From Elsinoe ampelina (lineage: Eukaryota): a stretch of 64,000 bases of DNA. Shown in pieces: positions 1-10,934 of the stretch. Numbering within the stretch: position 1 is the stretch's first letter; each line of letters starts with the position of its first letter. Below the pieces are notes generated by a model. It was not told the DNA's origin. It searched no databases and saw only the letters and a program-made list of their open reading frames with translations. Position numbers and translations under genes: made by a program. The stretch is taken from NCBI GenBank assembly GCA_010093995.1, contig ML992505.1, forward strand, positions 932,273 to 996,272. Reading direction: 5' to 3'.

Positions 1-661
1 CAGCGGTTGGCGTCATGCCGATCATGCCCTGTGGCGAATCTGATGTTGGAGTCGGCACAAGTGTCGACTGATCAGAAGGAGCAGGCGCTGGAGTATCGGT
101 GACGGTGAGAGATGGCGTCTCAGCCGAAGACGAACTTGAAGAGCTGCTCGCCGAAGAAGAAGAAGAAGAAGACGACGGCGTTGTGCTTGGTTCATGCTCG
201 GTTGTGATTGCTACTTCAGTGACAGGCACTACAGCTGTAGGCGTAGAGGGAAGCTCGACAGGTGCGGTACCAGGAAACGTCCAGGTGATTGGGGTAAGGG
301 ACCCATCCCCACCAACTACGACCGAGACTGATATTATAGGCTGTGGTGTGGTGGTAGGAGTCGGAGTTGGCGCAGGCGTCGTCAACGACGAATCTGTGGC
401 AGCTCCAGTTTCACCAGTCTGTCTCCGGTGCATAGCTCTATGCAAGTTGTGTGCCTCGAGCACATCGTGGGACCTTTTGCTGGCTTGATATCTCCGAACC
501 CGAGCATGAATCTCATCGATCTTTGGGGGCGTCCGTTGATCTTCTTGAGATAGCGCAGCGACCTCTTGGTGTCCATGTGTCATTGGTCCAACTGGTGCGT
601 TCGCCGGTGAATCCTGCTCATCGTCGTTTGATATTCTCCGTCTCTTTACTGAATATGCCAT
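1..661 (-). CDS. Ser/Thr/Pro-rich hypothetical protein, 3'-truncated by the window edge
   Basis: Manual translation of the minus strand from ATG 661 (MAYSVKRRRISNDDEQ...HNLHRAMHRRQTGETGAATDSSLTTPAPTPTPTTTPQP...SSSSSSSSASSSS) stays open to base 1. It is absent from the ORF track because the stop lies outside the window. The + ORF 99..488 is its antisense shadow. Confidence 0.65.
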   Translation of the reverse strand, partial: MAYSVKRRRISNDDEQDSPANAPVGPMTHGHQEVAALSQEDQRTPPKIDEIHARVRRYQASKRSHDVLEAHNLHRAMHRRQTGETGAATDSSLTTPAPTPTPTTTPQPIISVSVVVGGDGSLTPITWTFPGTAPVELPSTPTAVVPVTEVAITTEHEPSTTPSSSSSSSSASSSSSSSSAETPSLTVTDTPAPAPSDQSTLVPTPTSDSPQGMIGMTPTA

Positions 662-2732
662 CTTGTGTGGTGGAAAAGATGAGAAATGGTCGCGACAGAT
701 TGTTCAATTTTTGTTGGTTGGTATATTCGTTTTGCCGGGCACCGATTATGCAGCGCTGGTTGATTGAAGCGAGAGGACAGCTTCACTAGGAAGACCGAGT
801 GGGAAACGAGTGGACGCTGGTGGTCAAACCAGCATGTGATCTTTAGGTGATTGTCGAGAAAAGAGGAGTCGTGCCGATCAACGGTGTGTGGTCGATCACA
901 CCTTTGACAGGATATGCGAGACTTTCAGATATGCACATGCGTCGATACAATATGTACGTCGGGCCAGAGCAGTAGTAGAAAAGTAAACGAATGTCGATTA
1001 TGTCCTGCGAGCCTTGTTCCCAGCCTGTGATCCGTATCCTTGTCGGTCCAGCTCCGAGACGCAATCACCAGCTGACTGTCGAGGTCGTTGTGGTATTTGC
1101 CGTGGGGACTTGACAGCGACCGTGACGTAGCGAGGGAGAAAACCCGCGACGGTTGCGAGATAGACGTTGTGAAGAGGGACAAACGACGAACGACGGTCGA
1201 CGGACGAGGGCGCAGAAACGGCGATGATGCGGAGTGCGAGCCCTGGAGCTGTGGTCTCCCAGCGTTGGTCTCTGTGCCAGAATGGCCTCCCGCTAATAAG
1301 CTCTCACAGTCTCTGCTTCTGGCAGCGAGTCAAGCCGTGGAAAGTCAAAGCGAAAGACTGGCACGGCACAGACCAGCCCGCAGGGGAAACTAAAGAGAAA
1401 CAAGCAAAGCGCATCCAGCCTGCCAGACGCTAGGCCGCAAACCACCCAGTCGCACTGCTAGTCCTCTCGTTTCTCAATCTTCTAACATTAATTCTCATTT
1501 CCGAGACACAGGCTACTGACCACCAAGGCGCCGAATTGTTTTTTTTCCCACATGGTCCCACGGAAGAATATCTGGATCGGAGCACGGCGTACAAGGGACA
1601 GGGTCGCGACCCATGGCCACAGGTCGATGCCCATCGAACAAAACCGTCGAGAGCCGACATCCGGATAGCAACGACATGATACGAACGAGCTTCCTGCAGG
1701 TACTTTTGGGCGGCCATCATTCACCCTCGGACAAGGGCAGTGTAGCCGGACTCGTTCCTGCAGCGAGAGAACAGCCGTCCGCTCGTCGAGGTCGCAGAGA
1801 CGGACGACGATGGGGTACTGTATTACTCGTGCTGACACTCTGGCGCCGAAATTCTCAATAGCGCTACCATCCATGAATGCTCAGGAGGTGGTAGACACTC
1901 TACTGTATATGTACTGTACCCACCTGCCCACACTGGGCGTCTAGCTAGATGGCTTGTCTGCAGCACATGAAACTCTGACAGCTCAACCCCCTGCGCCCGA
2001 CTGACGTCTCTCGCGCGAGCATGTCCGTAATTTTGACCCTCCCCATTGTGTCGTCTGCCGTTGCCAGTTGAGATCGCAGCCCGTGTGATTGGGCAATAAT
2101 CTATCCTTGTCGTGCAGACCGGCTGGTCTTTCTCACTCTGGACACTACAGTACTGCTCAGCTCCACCTTCGTCGTCGTCGTCGTCGCGGCTTTTGTGCGA
2201 TCGCAGACGTCTGTGAGCCAGTCGTCCGACGATCGATGCACTCCGGCTGATTTGTCCGAGTCAGATGCTGACTCGTGGCTGAAATGAAGATGGAGTCGAA
2301 TTTACTTACCATGGATTCGCCATCACGCAAAAAATAATCAATCTTTATTCTACTGCTGTCTGCATCGATGCTCGCTTGACCTGTCAAAATTTGGGATTGG
2401 CTACGTCGTTTGTCGATTCTTCCGCTGGTTCGCTGGTGAATCTTGGATGGTACAGTAGAGGTTGTGGATGGTTGCTAATTTACCACGTTTAGGAGATGAG
2501 GCTCTTCGCTTTGGCGAAAGTCAATTCCGTTGCCACAGTCGTGAACTCCACCGCTCCATTGACATGCTTGGGATTAAGCGAGGTGAAGTGTTTACTGCAG
2601 AATAACAGAGAATGCTCGAGGTCAAGGACCACATAGAAAGGCAACTAGACATTAGCAGGAATGTATACATAATGAAGCTTGCTATAGGGTATCTTCGCTG
2701 TGGTAGTCGAGAGTGCTTCGTCAATCTTGTCA

Positions 2733-4578
2733 TCAGTATTCATACTGAGCATCCAATTCTCTGGCAACCCGCTCGCTCTCAGCGTCCTGCACCCACTCCT
2801 TGACCCTCTCAGCGACATCGCTCACCAGACTAGGGTATGCTGGCGCGCTCTCAACAAAAAGCCCGCAGTGGGCAGCTACTTCGTCGACGTCTTTCATGAA
2901 TACTCGAACCCAGACAGGATCTCTGTTGCCTTGTGAATCCTTAGGTGGCAAAGCACAAAACTTTCGATCTTTCTTCGGCTTCACAGGTGCATCTTTGCTT
3001 TGGGTTTCGTTTGTTTGTACTGACGTATTTGACTTGTAGCGAGAAAGGTCGGGACTGCTGGGGCCTGGCGACGAATCTCGTGATCTGGGCACTGTAGCTT
3101 CCATTGCTTGTCGTTGCTCTGCGGTCGGAGCCTGATCGCTGCCAATTGTCGCGGATCCGTCTGCTGGTGGCATCGTAGGAGTGTCATTTCGTCCTTCGAC
3201 CGGCGAGTCATCCAAGTTGAGCTCTTTGATATCCTTCTCTATCACGCCATCGTTAGTGTGCTCATTCAACGATATCCGAGGACTGGCCGCGGCTGATGGT
3301 GCCCGAGAAGATACTGCCGAGCTAGGCTTCAGCGAGACATTGTCATCCTTCAAGCGGCCTCTGGATGCATCTCCAGGGTCTAAAGAGTGACGCGATGATC
3401 CTGCTGGTGAGACCTTTTGACTCTGTTCGGTGTTCTCCACCTTGGCTGGCAATTTCTCTCGCTTCGGTCGCCCAGTGCTCGCGGTGTAGTAATTGACAAA
3501 TCGTTTGCGTGGAGGAACGAACTTGTTTCCAACGATTGAGGCGCGCACTTGATCGTCAGCCACATCGAGAGACCTGATCTTTGCGTATCGAGCACGCAGG
3601 GAACTGTAATCAGCCATGCCCCCAGCAAACTCGACGTGAGACTTGATAAGCTGTTTGGTGCCTTTGAACAGATTGTCCGAATGCTTGTTGACAAAATGCC
3701 AGGCATTCATCCACCCTTTCCTCATTGGCAAAATCACATCATTCTCGAAGGCCGGATTGAAGTTCGGGTCTGAACTCTGGAGGGGATTCGATGTGTTTGT
3801 GGCAGCAGGAGAAGTAGGCTGGCTGGCTGCATGAACTCCAGGAATGCTTGCCTCACTAGCGTTGGGGCTTGTCAAGTAGATCTGCCCGGTGTCTGCTGAC
3901 TCTGCTGGTGTATCTGGTGATGGGGCGAAGATACTTGATAGTCCAGCCTTGATTACACCCGGATGCATGCCCAAGAATGGTACGTCGAAGTTGATGGTGC
4001 CCAAGATTCTATGTCTCATCGATCTGCCGTCGTCTGCTGGCATGACAGCCACTTCTGCTGAAAGAAGACCACCCATGCTGTGACCAAATAAGATGACATC
4101 AGTCTTTTCGTCCTCGTGAGGAGCAAGCCTGGCTAAATCAGAACCATTCTCATCGATGCTGATAGAGGACTCACCATCGGCTGAAGTCATCCCTCGCCAC
4201 TGTGATATGCTTCTTCGATCTATACCGAGGATAGATCTTGGAGTGTACCACGTGTGACTCAGACAGGAGCATGGTCACGACATTGTGTACATGAGCTGGA
4301 AAGCTCTGAAACGATCTCTCATTGCCTTGGAAGCCATGTATATACACGAGCAGTAGTCTGCGTCGGGCATGCTGCTCCTCAGGTCCAGGTGGTCGCAGCG
4401 AGTCTGTCGATCGGCGTCTCAAGTCCTTGCCAGCAAACGGGATGTCCAGTGCATGCTTTGTGAATGTGTCTGTCTCGAAGGAAGAATATGGAGGTGGTGC
4501 ATCCTGGGCCGTGTATGAGCCCTGGCCGCCAGCATGCCTTGGGGGGACTTTGGGTGGTGGTCGGCTCGGGCCCGCCAT
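2733..4578 (-). CDS. Alpha/beta-hydrolase (DUF676/lipase-like), 2 exons
   Basis: ATG 4578 (MAGPSRPPP). Oxyanion region LLVYIHGFQG, nucleophile elbow LFGHSMGG, FDVPFLGMHPG, C-terminal DEVAAHCGLF. Intron 4174..4129 (GTGAGT...CCAG) joins FSRW-LAPHE in frame. Confidence 0.85.
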
Positions 4579-5031
4579 GATTGCCGCCTGACTGAAGCTA
4601 CCAGTGGCTTGGTTGTGAGATACCGCCCAATTCACGAGGTCATCTACAACATGTTGCTTGGATGTAGATTTCAGGTCGTCTTCTTACCGTATAGGATGAC
4701 TGAAAGAGAGAATATGAACATCGAGTCTAGTTCCTGGTAGCTAAGGTGTGACGTCGCCCTGCACGTGCCGACCAATCACGACAGCCGCCAGGTCGATCAC
4801 CTTCGGCCATGTTTTTAGATGTGACCATTGTGACAATCATGCCTGATGAGATACAGGCTTTTAAGCATGGCATTCACAATCACTCAGACTTCCAAAGAGA
4901 CAAGGTCCTTTTGGTCGCACCTCTCACACCCAAACTCTCCTGCGATCCTGCATGGCATGCCCCTTTACCTGGGGCCTCGTCCGTAATGGGTAGGTATGGC
5001 TTTCTCGAAGATGCGAGCAGTACGCAGACAT

Positions 5032-6552
5032 CTATCTCTGTCCCAACTTATCCTTGAACCCCTCCCAAAACCTCCAACACCCAGTATGCAGGTTCGTCCC
5101 TTCGATCCACCACTCCCCGAAACTGTCCTCCACCCCTTCATCAACCTTCTGCACCCTCTCCTCCCTCTTCATCCCACAAAGCCCACAAGGCTGCGTACTG
5201 ACCACTGCCCCTTCCCCTCGCAACGCCGTTCTGACCGGCATCGCGTCGACAATATCCGGCACCGACGGGAGGACCCTCCTCCTCTGCTCGACCGCAGACG
5301 TCTTGTCCCTCTTACTGTCTCGGCCATCTCCAAATGACATCAACTCCGCTAAGTCACCCATGCCTCCGGGCTTCTTCTCCTCCTTGACTGCGGCAGGGTT
5401 CATGGCAGCATTGACCTGCCCTACCACGCCCCTGACGACCCCGACATGTGCTTTGAACGCTCTTACCACCTCTCGAACCTCGACTTCTTCTCGTCCCTGC
5501 TCGCCCTTGTCTAGGCCGGTGAGCTTCATTCCGCCACTTCGTCCACTCACGGAGGGCCCGATGGACATGCTTTGCGCTAAGCGCTTGTCTCTTCGCCACC
5601 GTAACTTGCGGGCGGCAATGACGTGAGCGATGGTTTGAAGGAGAGAGATGTGGGCGGATAGAAGTAAATGTAGCTCAGTTGTCAGAAGATGGGACTGTCT
5701 CTCATTAGGGCTCAGGGCGAGGAGACTTGATAGGATAGTAGCGATTTGTGTCAAGATTGGCGGAAAGAGGGGAAGCAGGACCGACGGTGGTGGGATGTTG
5801 GCTGGTGGCAGTGGAGATGGCGAAGGGGGCGGAAGACGCATGCTAGGGAGAAGGTTCGGTATAGAAAGAGAAGAGGTATCGTCCGACGTCAGTGCAGGTG
5901 AGGCTGGAGTGGTGACAGTAAAGTCGTCCCATGATTCTGTCGCTGAAGGAAGCGCAGGTGATTTTGGTGGTGGCGGCTTCTTGGTTTGGACCATCGGCTT
6001 CTTCACCACTCTCGTTGGCGGTATGCTCGATGTTATGGTAGGCTTACTAGCTTTTGGCTTTGGTGGTGTCGGTGGTGCTTCATTAAGGCTGAGAAGGTCC
6101 AAGTCATCCACTAACGCCGTACTCTGGGCTTTCGATTGCCCACTGGCTACAGATGTTTTCGCAGGAGTAGCTGCGGTGACTCCAGAGCTCTCGAAGTCGC
6201 CAAAGTCCTCGTCATTAAAGGTGTCCGTCTGATCTGGTTCATCGGCATCGAAAAGCACATCAGAGTCCTTTGCCACCAGGTCGGCGGGTTTGCTAGTCCA
6301 CTGTGACTCGTCGATTGTGTTCAGAGCTGAGCGCTCTTGTGTTTGAGCGGCACTGCTCCCATAATCTTCGTTCCATGGGTTGGTGCCTTCAAAGTCGCCA
6401 AAGTCATCCTCCTCATCCGCAGATACCGGAGCCTGTTGAGCTGCTTGCCATCCTTGGTGCTGGACTGGAGTCTGAGGGGTAGTCGTGCTCGAATTTGATC
6501 CCCACTTTTGTTGCTCGGTCTCTCCGAATGCCTCAAAGAGATCAGCAGACAT
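5032..6552 (-). CDS. Hypothetical protein, 506 aa, with acidic DFGDF motifs and a C-terminal Cys/His cluster
   Basis: Single long ORF. DFGDF occurs twice, plus SWDDF, a Pro-rich linker, a helical region and C-terminal CGLC...HTGCWRFW. Confidence 0.8.
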   Translation of the reverse strand: MSADLFEAFGETEQQKWGSNSSTTTPQTPVQHQGWQAAQQAPVSADEEDDFGDFEGTNPWNEDYGSSAAQTQERSALNTIDESQWTSKPADLVAKDSDVLFDADEPDQTDTFNDEDFGDFESSGVTAATPAKTSVASGQSKAQSTALVDDLDLLSLNEAPPTPPKPKASKPTITSSIPPTRVVKKPMVQTKKPPPPKSPALPSATESWDDFTVTTPASPALTSDDTSSLSIPNLLPSMRLPPPSPSPLPPANIPPPSVLLPLFPPILTQIATILSSLLALSPNERQSHLLTTELHLLLSAHISLLQTIAHVIAARKLRWRRDKRLAQSMSIGPSVSGRSGGMKLTGLDKGEQGREEVEVREVVRAFKAHVGVVRGVVGQVNAAMNPAAVKEEKKPGGMGDLAELMSFGDGRDSKRDKTSAVEQRRRVLPSVPDIVDAMPVRTALRGEGAVVSTQPCGLCGMKREERVQKVDEGVEDSFGEWWIEGTNLHTGCWRFWEGFKDKLGQR

Positions 6553-6891
6553 TGTGAAGGACTATGCACTGCATAAGGAGTTGGGGCTCGATAGGCATCT
6601 CTCCAGTGATCAGACCCCGAGGCTACTCGAGTGACCACTCTCCAGCGAAAGCTGTCCGCACCTAAATACTGATGTGTCTGTAGTCCATATATCTCTGAAA
6701 AATCTCACCACCTCGGTCGATTCGACGTTCAGTTCAGTATAAGCCAAGGACTAAGTTGAAGATTGTCATTGCATCTTCACAGGATGCTGATGTCGCTGGC
6801 CAATCACGTCACAGCCTGCCAACCACCCGCTATTGTTCAACTATACGTTCATCATCCTTCAACGCATTCACTACAATGAAAGGCATATGCT

Positions 6892-9120
6892 ATGAGGACC
6901 TTAGAGCAGGCTAGAAACAGCTGGCAAGAATTGCAGTCAATCGATGATATTGTAGGATTTAGGAGACGACTACGTACGGCCGACACAGATGGCGGTATCA
7001 CCTCTCGCTCCATCTACTGGAAGGTATGTTATATGGGTACAAACTAGAAACCAATATTCTGACCCAGACAGCTCTTCTTGTTGTTTGAAAAAGTCGATCA
7101 CACCAATTGGCTTCGGAAATTGGGCGATTCACGCTCAGCATATGTTTCGTTACGAGGCCATCTGCTTCGGGCGATAGATCACCCTGACGAGGTCGAGGGT
7201 GGCGAAGATCCTTTGAGCGAGGATACCTCTGTATGTACATAATACGACAGATCTGTCAGTCACTGACTGTCTTAGTCACCATGGAGCACGATCCGGCAAG
7301 ACGAGGAGATGCGTGTCGAGATCATGCAGGATGTAGACCGATGCATGCCCGACAACACCTACTTCCGGCTGGAACGGACACACGCCGTTATGCTGGACGT
7401 TCTATTCATCTTTTGTAAGCTCAATCCCGACGTAGGGTACCGTCAAGGTATGCATGAACTGCTGGCTCCTATTTTATGGGTCATCGAATGCGACGCGATA
7501 CAGAATGGTACTCATGGAAGTGACGACTTCATGATTTCTCAACTATGCGACGCTCGCTTTATCGAGCATGATGCATTCACTCTCTTCAGCCTCGTCATGC
7601 AGAATGCAAAGCACTTCTACGAGCAGAAGGCACATCGACGACAACCTTCGAACAGCAAGCAATCATCCGGCAAGCTCGAGAACCCCATCATCACTGTCAT
7701 CAGTCGCATCTTCGACGACTACCTACCAAGACTCGACCCGGAACTCGCCGCACATCTCCGCGACGTGGAGCTCCTCCCCCAAGTGTTCCTCATGCGCTGG
7801 GTTCGTCTTCTCTTCGGCCGCGAATTCCCCTTTGACGACGTCCTCCCACTCTGGGACGTCCTTTTCTCCCAAGACCCCAACCTCGACCTCATTGAGACCA
7901 TCTGTCTCGTCATGCTCCTCAGGATCCGCTACGACCTCCTTCTCTCAGACCACAACGAATGCCTCGCCCTCCTCCTCCGCTACCCTTCACTACCCCAAGG
8001 CTTCCTCCCCCGCGACCTCGCCCTCGACGCCATCACCCTCCGCCAGACCTTCACCCCCAGCACCGCCCGCTCCATCACCCAAAAATACACCGGCCGGCTC
8101 CCCAGCACCTCCCTTCCGGATCCCGACGACTTCGCCTTCCCCGACGGCCCCGACGACCCCACCCGACCCCCCATCACCACCCAACGCTCCCCCCGCAACT
8201 TCGAATCCCTCCTCCAGAACGCCGCCAAAGACGTCCTCTCCCGCGGCGAAAAATGGGGCATCAACAAAGCCGTCCGCGACGCCGTGGAAGAAGTCCGCAA
8301 GGGCGTCCGCGATATACAGACCATGCAGACGCCCACGCCGCCCCGGCGGCACAGTCGGGTGCAGTCGCGCGGGGGCATCGCGCCGCCGATGTTCGGGGGC
8401 GGGGCGAGGTTGCCGGATGTGGAGCGGAAATTGAGCGCGTTGCAGAGACGGAATGAGCAGTTGGCTGCTATGCTGAAGGAGGCGACGGATGAGTTGTGGG
8501 AGTTTCAGAGGGTGGCGAGCGAGGGGGAGCAAGGGGTGGGCGAGGAGAAGGTGAGTGGGTTGGGGATGAGTATTGCCCGGGTGGGGTTTGTGCAGGTGTA
8601 CCTTGAGGATCCGAGTATTCCTCTGCCCGTGGAGGAGGAGAAGCGGGCGGAGGTGATGGGTGGGGTGGAGGGTGTCAAGGAGGGTAAGGCGGAGGGGAAG
8701 GAGAGTGAGGCAGGGGTGCAGATCCAGTCGTCGCCGCCGAAGCTGGAGATACCGGAGCCGGAACCGGCAGTCAGGCGACAGGTGGTAGAGGTGCCAAAGC
8801 CGGCAACGCCTTCGCTTGATCCGAACGTGTCGAGGCCGACACTGGCGCAGTCTTCCTTTTCGTGGATGCTGGGGCAAGAGGAGCGGTCTTCGCCGTTTAT
8901 GGAGTCTGGTTCGTCATCGGCGAGTCGGCCCCGGAGTCGAGGTTTCTTGTTTGGTGACGAGGAGGAGGAAGGGGCCGATGAGACTCCCACCGGGGGAGGG
9001 ACGCCGACGAGGAAGAAGAGGGAGAGGAAGCTAGTGAGGAAGAGCGGGGCAGCGGGTGGCAAGCAGGAGGGAGGAGAGGAGGAGGATGGATTTGATTTGA
9101 ATGATCTGAAGAGTAGATGA
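6892..9120 (+). CDS. TBC-domain Rab GTPase-activating protein (TBC1D5-like), 3 exons
   Basis: ATG 6892 (MRTLEQAR...RSIYWK), introns 7024..7071 and 7231..7275. TBC catalytic motifs IMQDVDR (Arg finger) and YRQGMHELLAP (Gln finger), also RWVRLLFGREF. Confidence 0.9.
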
Positions 9121-9388
9121 AGTGCTAGAGCTGATACCAATGTCGCTTGACCCTGTCCTTCGTGGTATATGCTTCTTGGGGAAATGCTTGCTGTCGTGGT
9201 GCAGATGCACTGTGTTCATGATGCTCTCAGCGCGTGTCTGGGCTTCCGATTTTAGCTTGAGCCTCTGCGCCATGTCATCTTACTGCTTTACGCTTTGATA
9301 CTGGCTAGTGCGTGAAGTCCATGGTTGTGCATTGCAGCTGAGATTGTAGTACAGTGTACCTGATACACTGTACACGCTACGAGGCTGC

Positions 9389-10591
9389 TCACTTTGACTT
9401 CTTGGTCTGCTTTGCCGCGGGTGTCCCATTTGTCTTGCCCTTCTTCTCTTGCGCGATGGCGTACTTTTCCCACTGACCGAGGGTAGCCAAGGAAGGAATG
9501 AATCGCCCGACACGAGCCTTATACTCCTTGTACTCTGGGTACTTGCCAGCAGTAATCCGTTCCGTGAGTGGTGTGCTGCCCTGGAAAATAAGCAGATAGC
9601 TGAAAGCTCCTGCAAAGGTCCAGTTGATCAAGCTCTCGGTATCGAAGCATGCCCATTGATATAGCGCGACCCAGATGGCTTGCTCAGCTGCGAAATTGGG
9701 ATGGCGCGAGTAATTCCATAGACCGTTTGTGACAAAGCCACGCTCGAGTTCGGTAGCCGTGAAACCATCTGGTATCTTTGCCGTCTTCTGATAGTCCTTC
9801 TTCGCGTTCTGGTAAGCTGCGACTGTCAGTCTCTTTGTTACTGGTAATTCGAGGTCATAAAATCTTACTCCATTGCTGATTGTCTGCAAAGAACTCGATT
9901 ATCAGTAGCAGACCCAGCGCTTGTGGGAAGATAGTATCAGCCAGAGAAAGGGCCTTGTCGACCCTCGAAGTGAGGAGCATGATGTATGTTGGTGTTGCAA
10001 CAGCCGCCAGGAGGATACTTTGAATAAAGGCGATAAAGACGAAGTTGAAGATTGTCCACACTAGTGTATTGTTCACCTGCTTCTTGATGATGGCCCATCT
10101 GTAGTCCTCCGAGCCCACATCATACCCACCCTTTCGCCAGTAATTGAATGTCAAACGAGCCTAGCCATCTGGTCAGACATTTCACGCTGAGCTTGTTGCC
10201 ATTTACTCACCGACCAGCATACGCTGAACAGTGCGACCGCATTCAAACGCTGAGACTCAATGCCATTCAGCTTTCCCCAGTACCAGTAATGAACATTGTA
10301 GAGAGCAGGCAGTATACTCCAGACGCGGTCGATCTGCGAGTAGTTTCTGTTGATCTCCGAAACAATGAAAGCGACCGCACCAACGAAGAGAGAAAAGGCA
10401 CCAGCGGATATGACTGGATTGATCGAGGTGTAGGCGGTTTGCAGGGACTCCAGAGAGGAGATCTGCAGTAGTCGCTGAGGGAGCTCAAAGAATTGCGGAA
10501 TGAATGGTCGTACAGTCTTGTCAAAGTCGGCGCATTCAGCTAGTGTCTTCACCGTTGGCAGCGCCATATGGTAGAGCGGAGTCGCTGGCAT
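9389..10591 (-). CDS. DUF1295 / steroid 5-alpha-reductase-family membrane protein, 3 exons
   Basis: NYSQIDRVWS, RLTFNYWRKGGY, EDYRW, ADNQQW, GLWNYSRHPN, E...KYPEYKEY. Introns 10210..10161 and 9868..9817. The C-terminus KKSK fits a dilysine ER-retrieval signal. The start may instead be the second Met (MALPTV). Confidence 0.9.
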
Positions 10592-10934
10592 TGTAGCGGT
10601 TGGTTTGGAGGAAGAGAAGTGCTCGCGGCTCGAGATTGATCAGAGTTGGATCTCGCTTGCAAGAGATCGGATCCAAGCTCGGTGCACGGTGACGACACCT
10701 CATCTACCATAACCCCAATGCGTTTTGAGACTGACGACTGATGATTGGCTAATTGCTCCACCCCTACAAAGGCGGCAACCTCCGAATTACCCCACCTTCA
10801 ACACGCGACGCGACAAAGTGCTATGAGACGCTTTTGAAGTGTTGTGTGTCGAGTGTTTCTGCTCTGCCTGTTCTTGCTCGCAATCCTCGATCTTGCGTGA
10901 GGTCCGGCGACAATGTCAATCTACACCGAGCATA

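Noticed and set aside
662..2732. ORFs of 60-130 aa in a 2-kb intergenic region, and a short (GTC)n tract near 2171
   Set aside because: No domain signatures; best read as the upstream region of the first gene.
7568..8877. Long overlapping alternate-frame and antisense ORFs here and at 25077-25998, 42492-43169, 53082-54017 and 60357-61238
   Set aside because: They are Pro/Arg/Ser- or Gly/Glu-rich shadows caused by stop-codon depletion in the C/G-skewed blocks of real genes.
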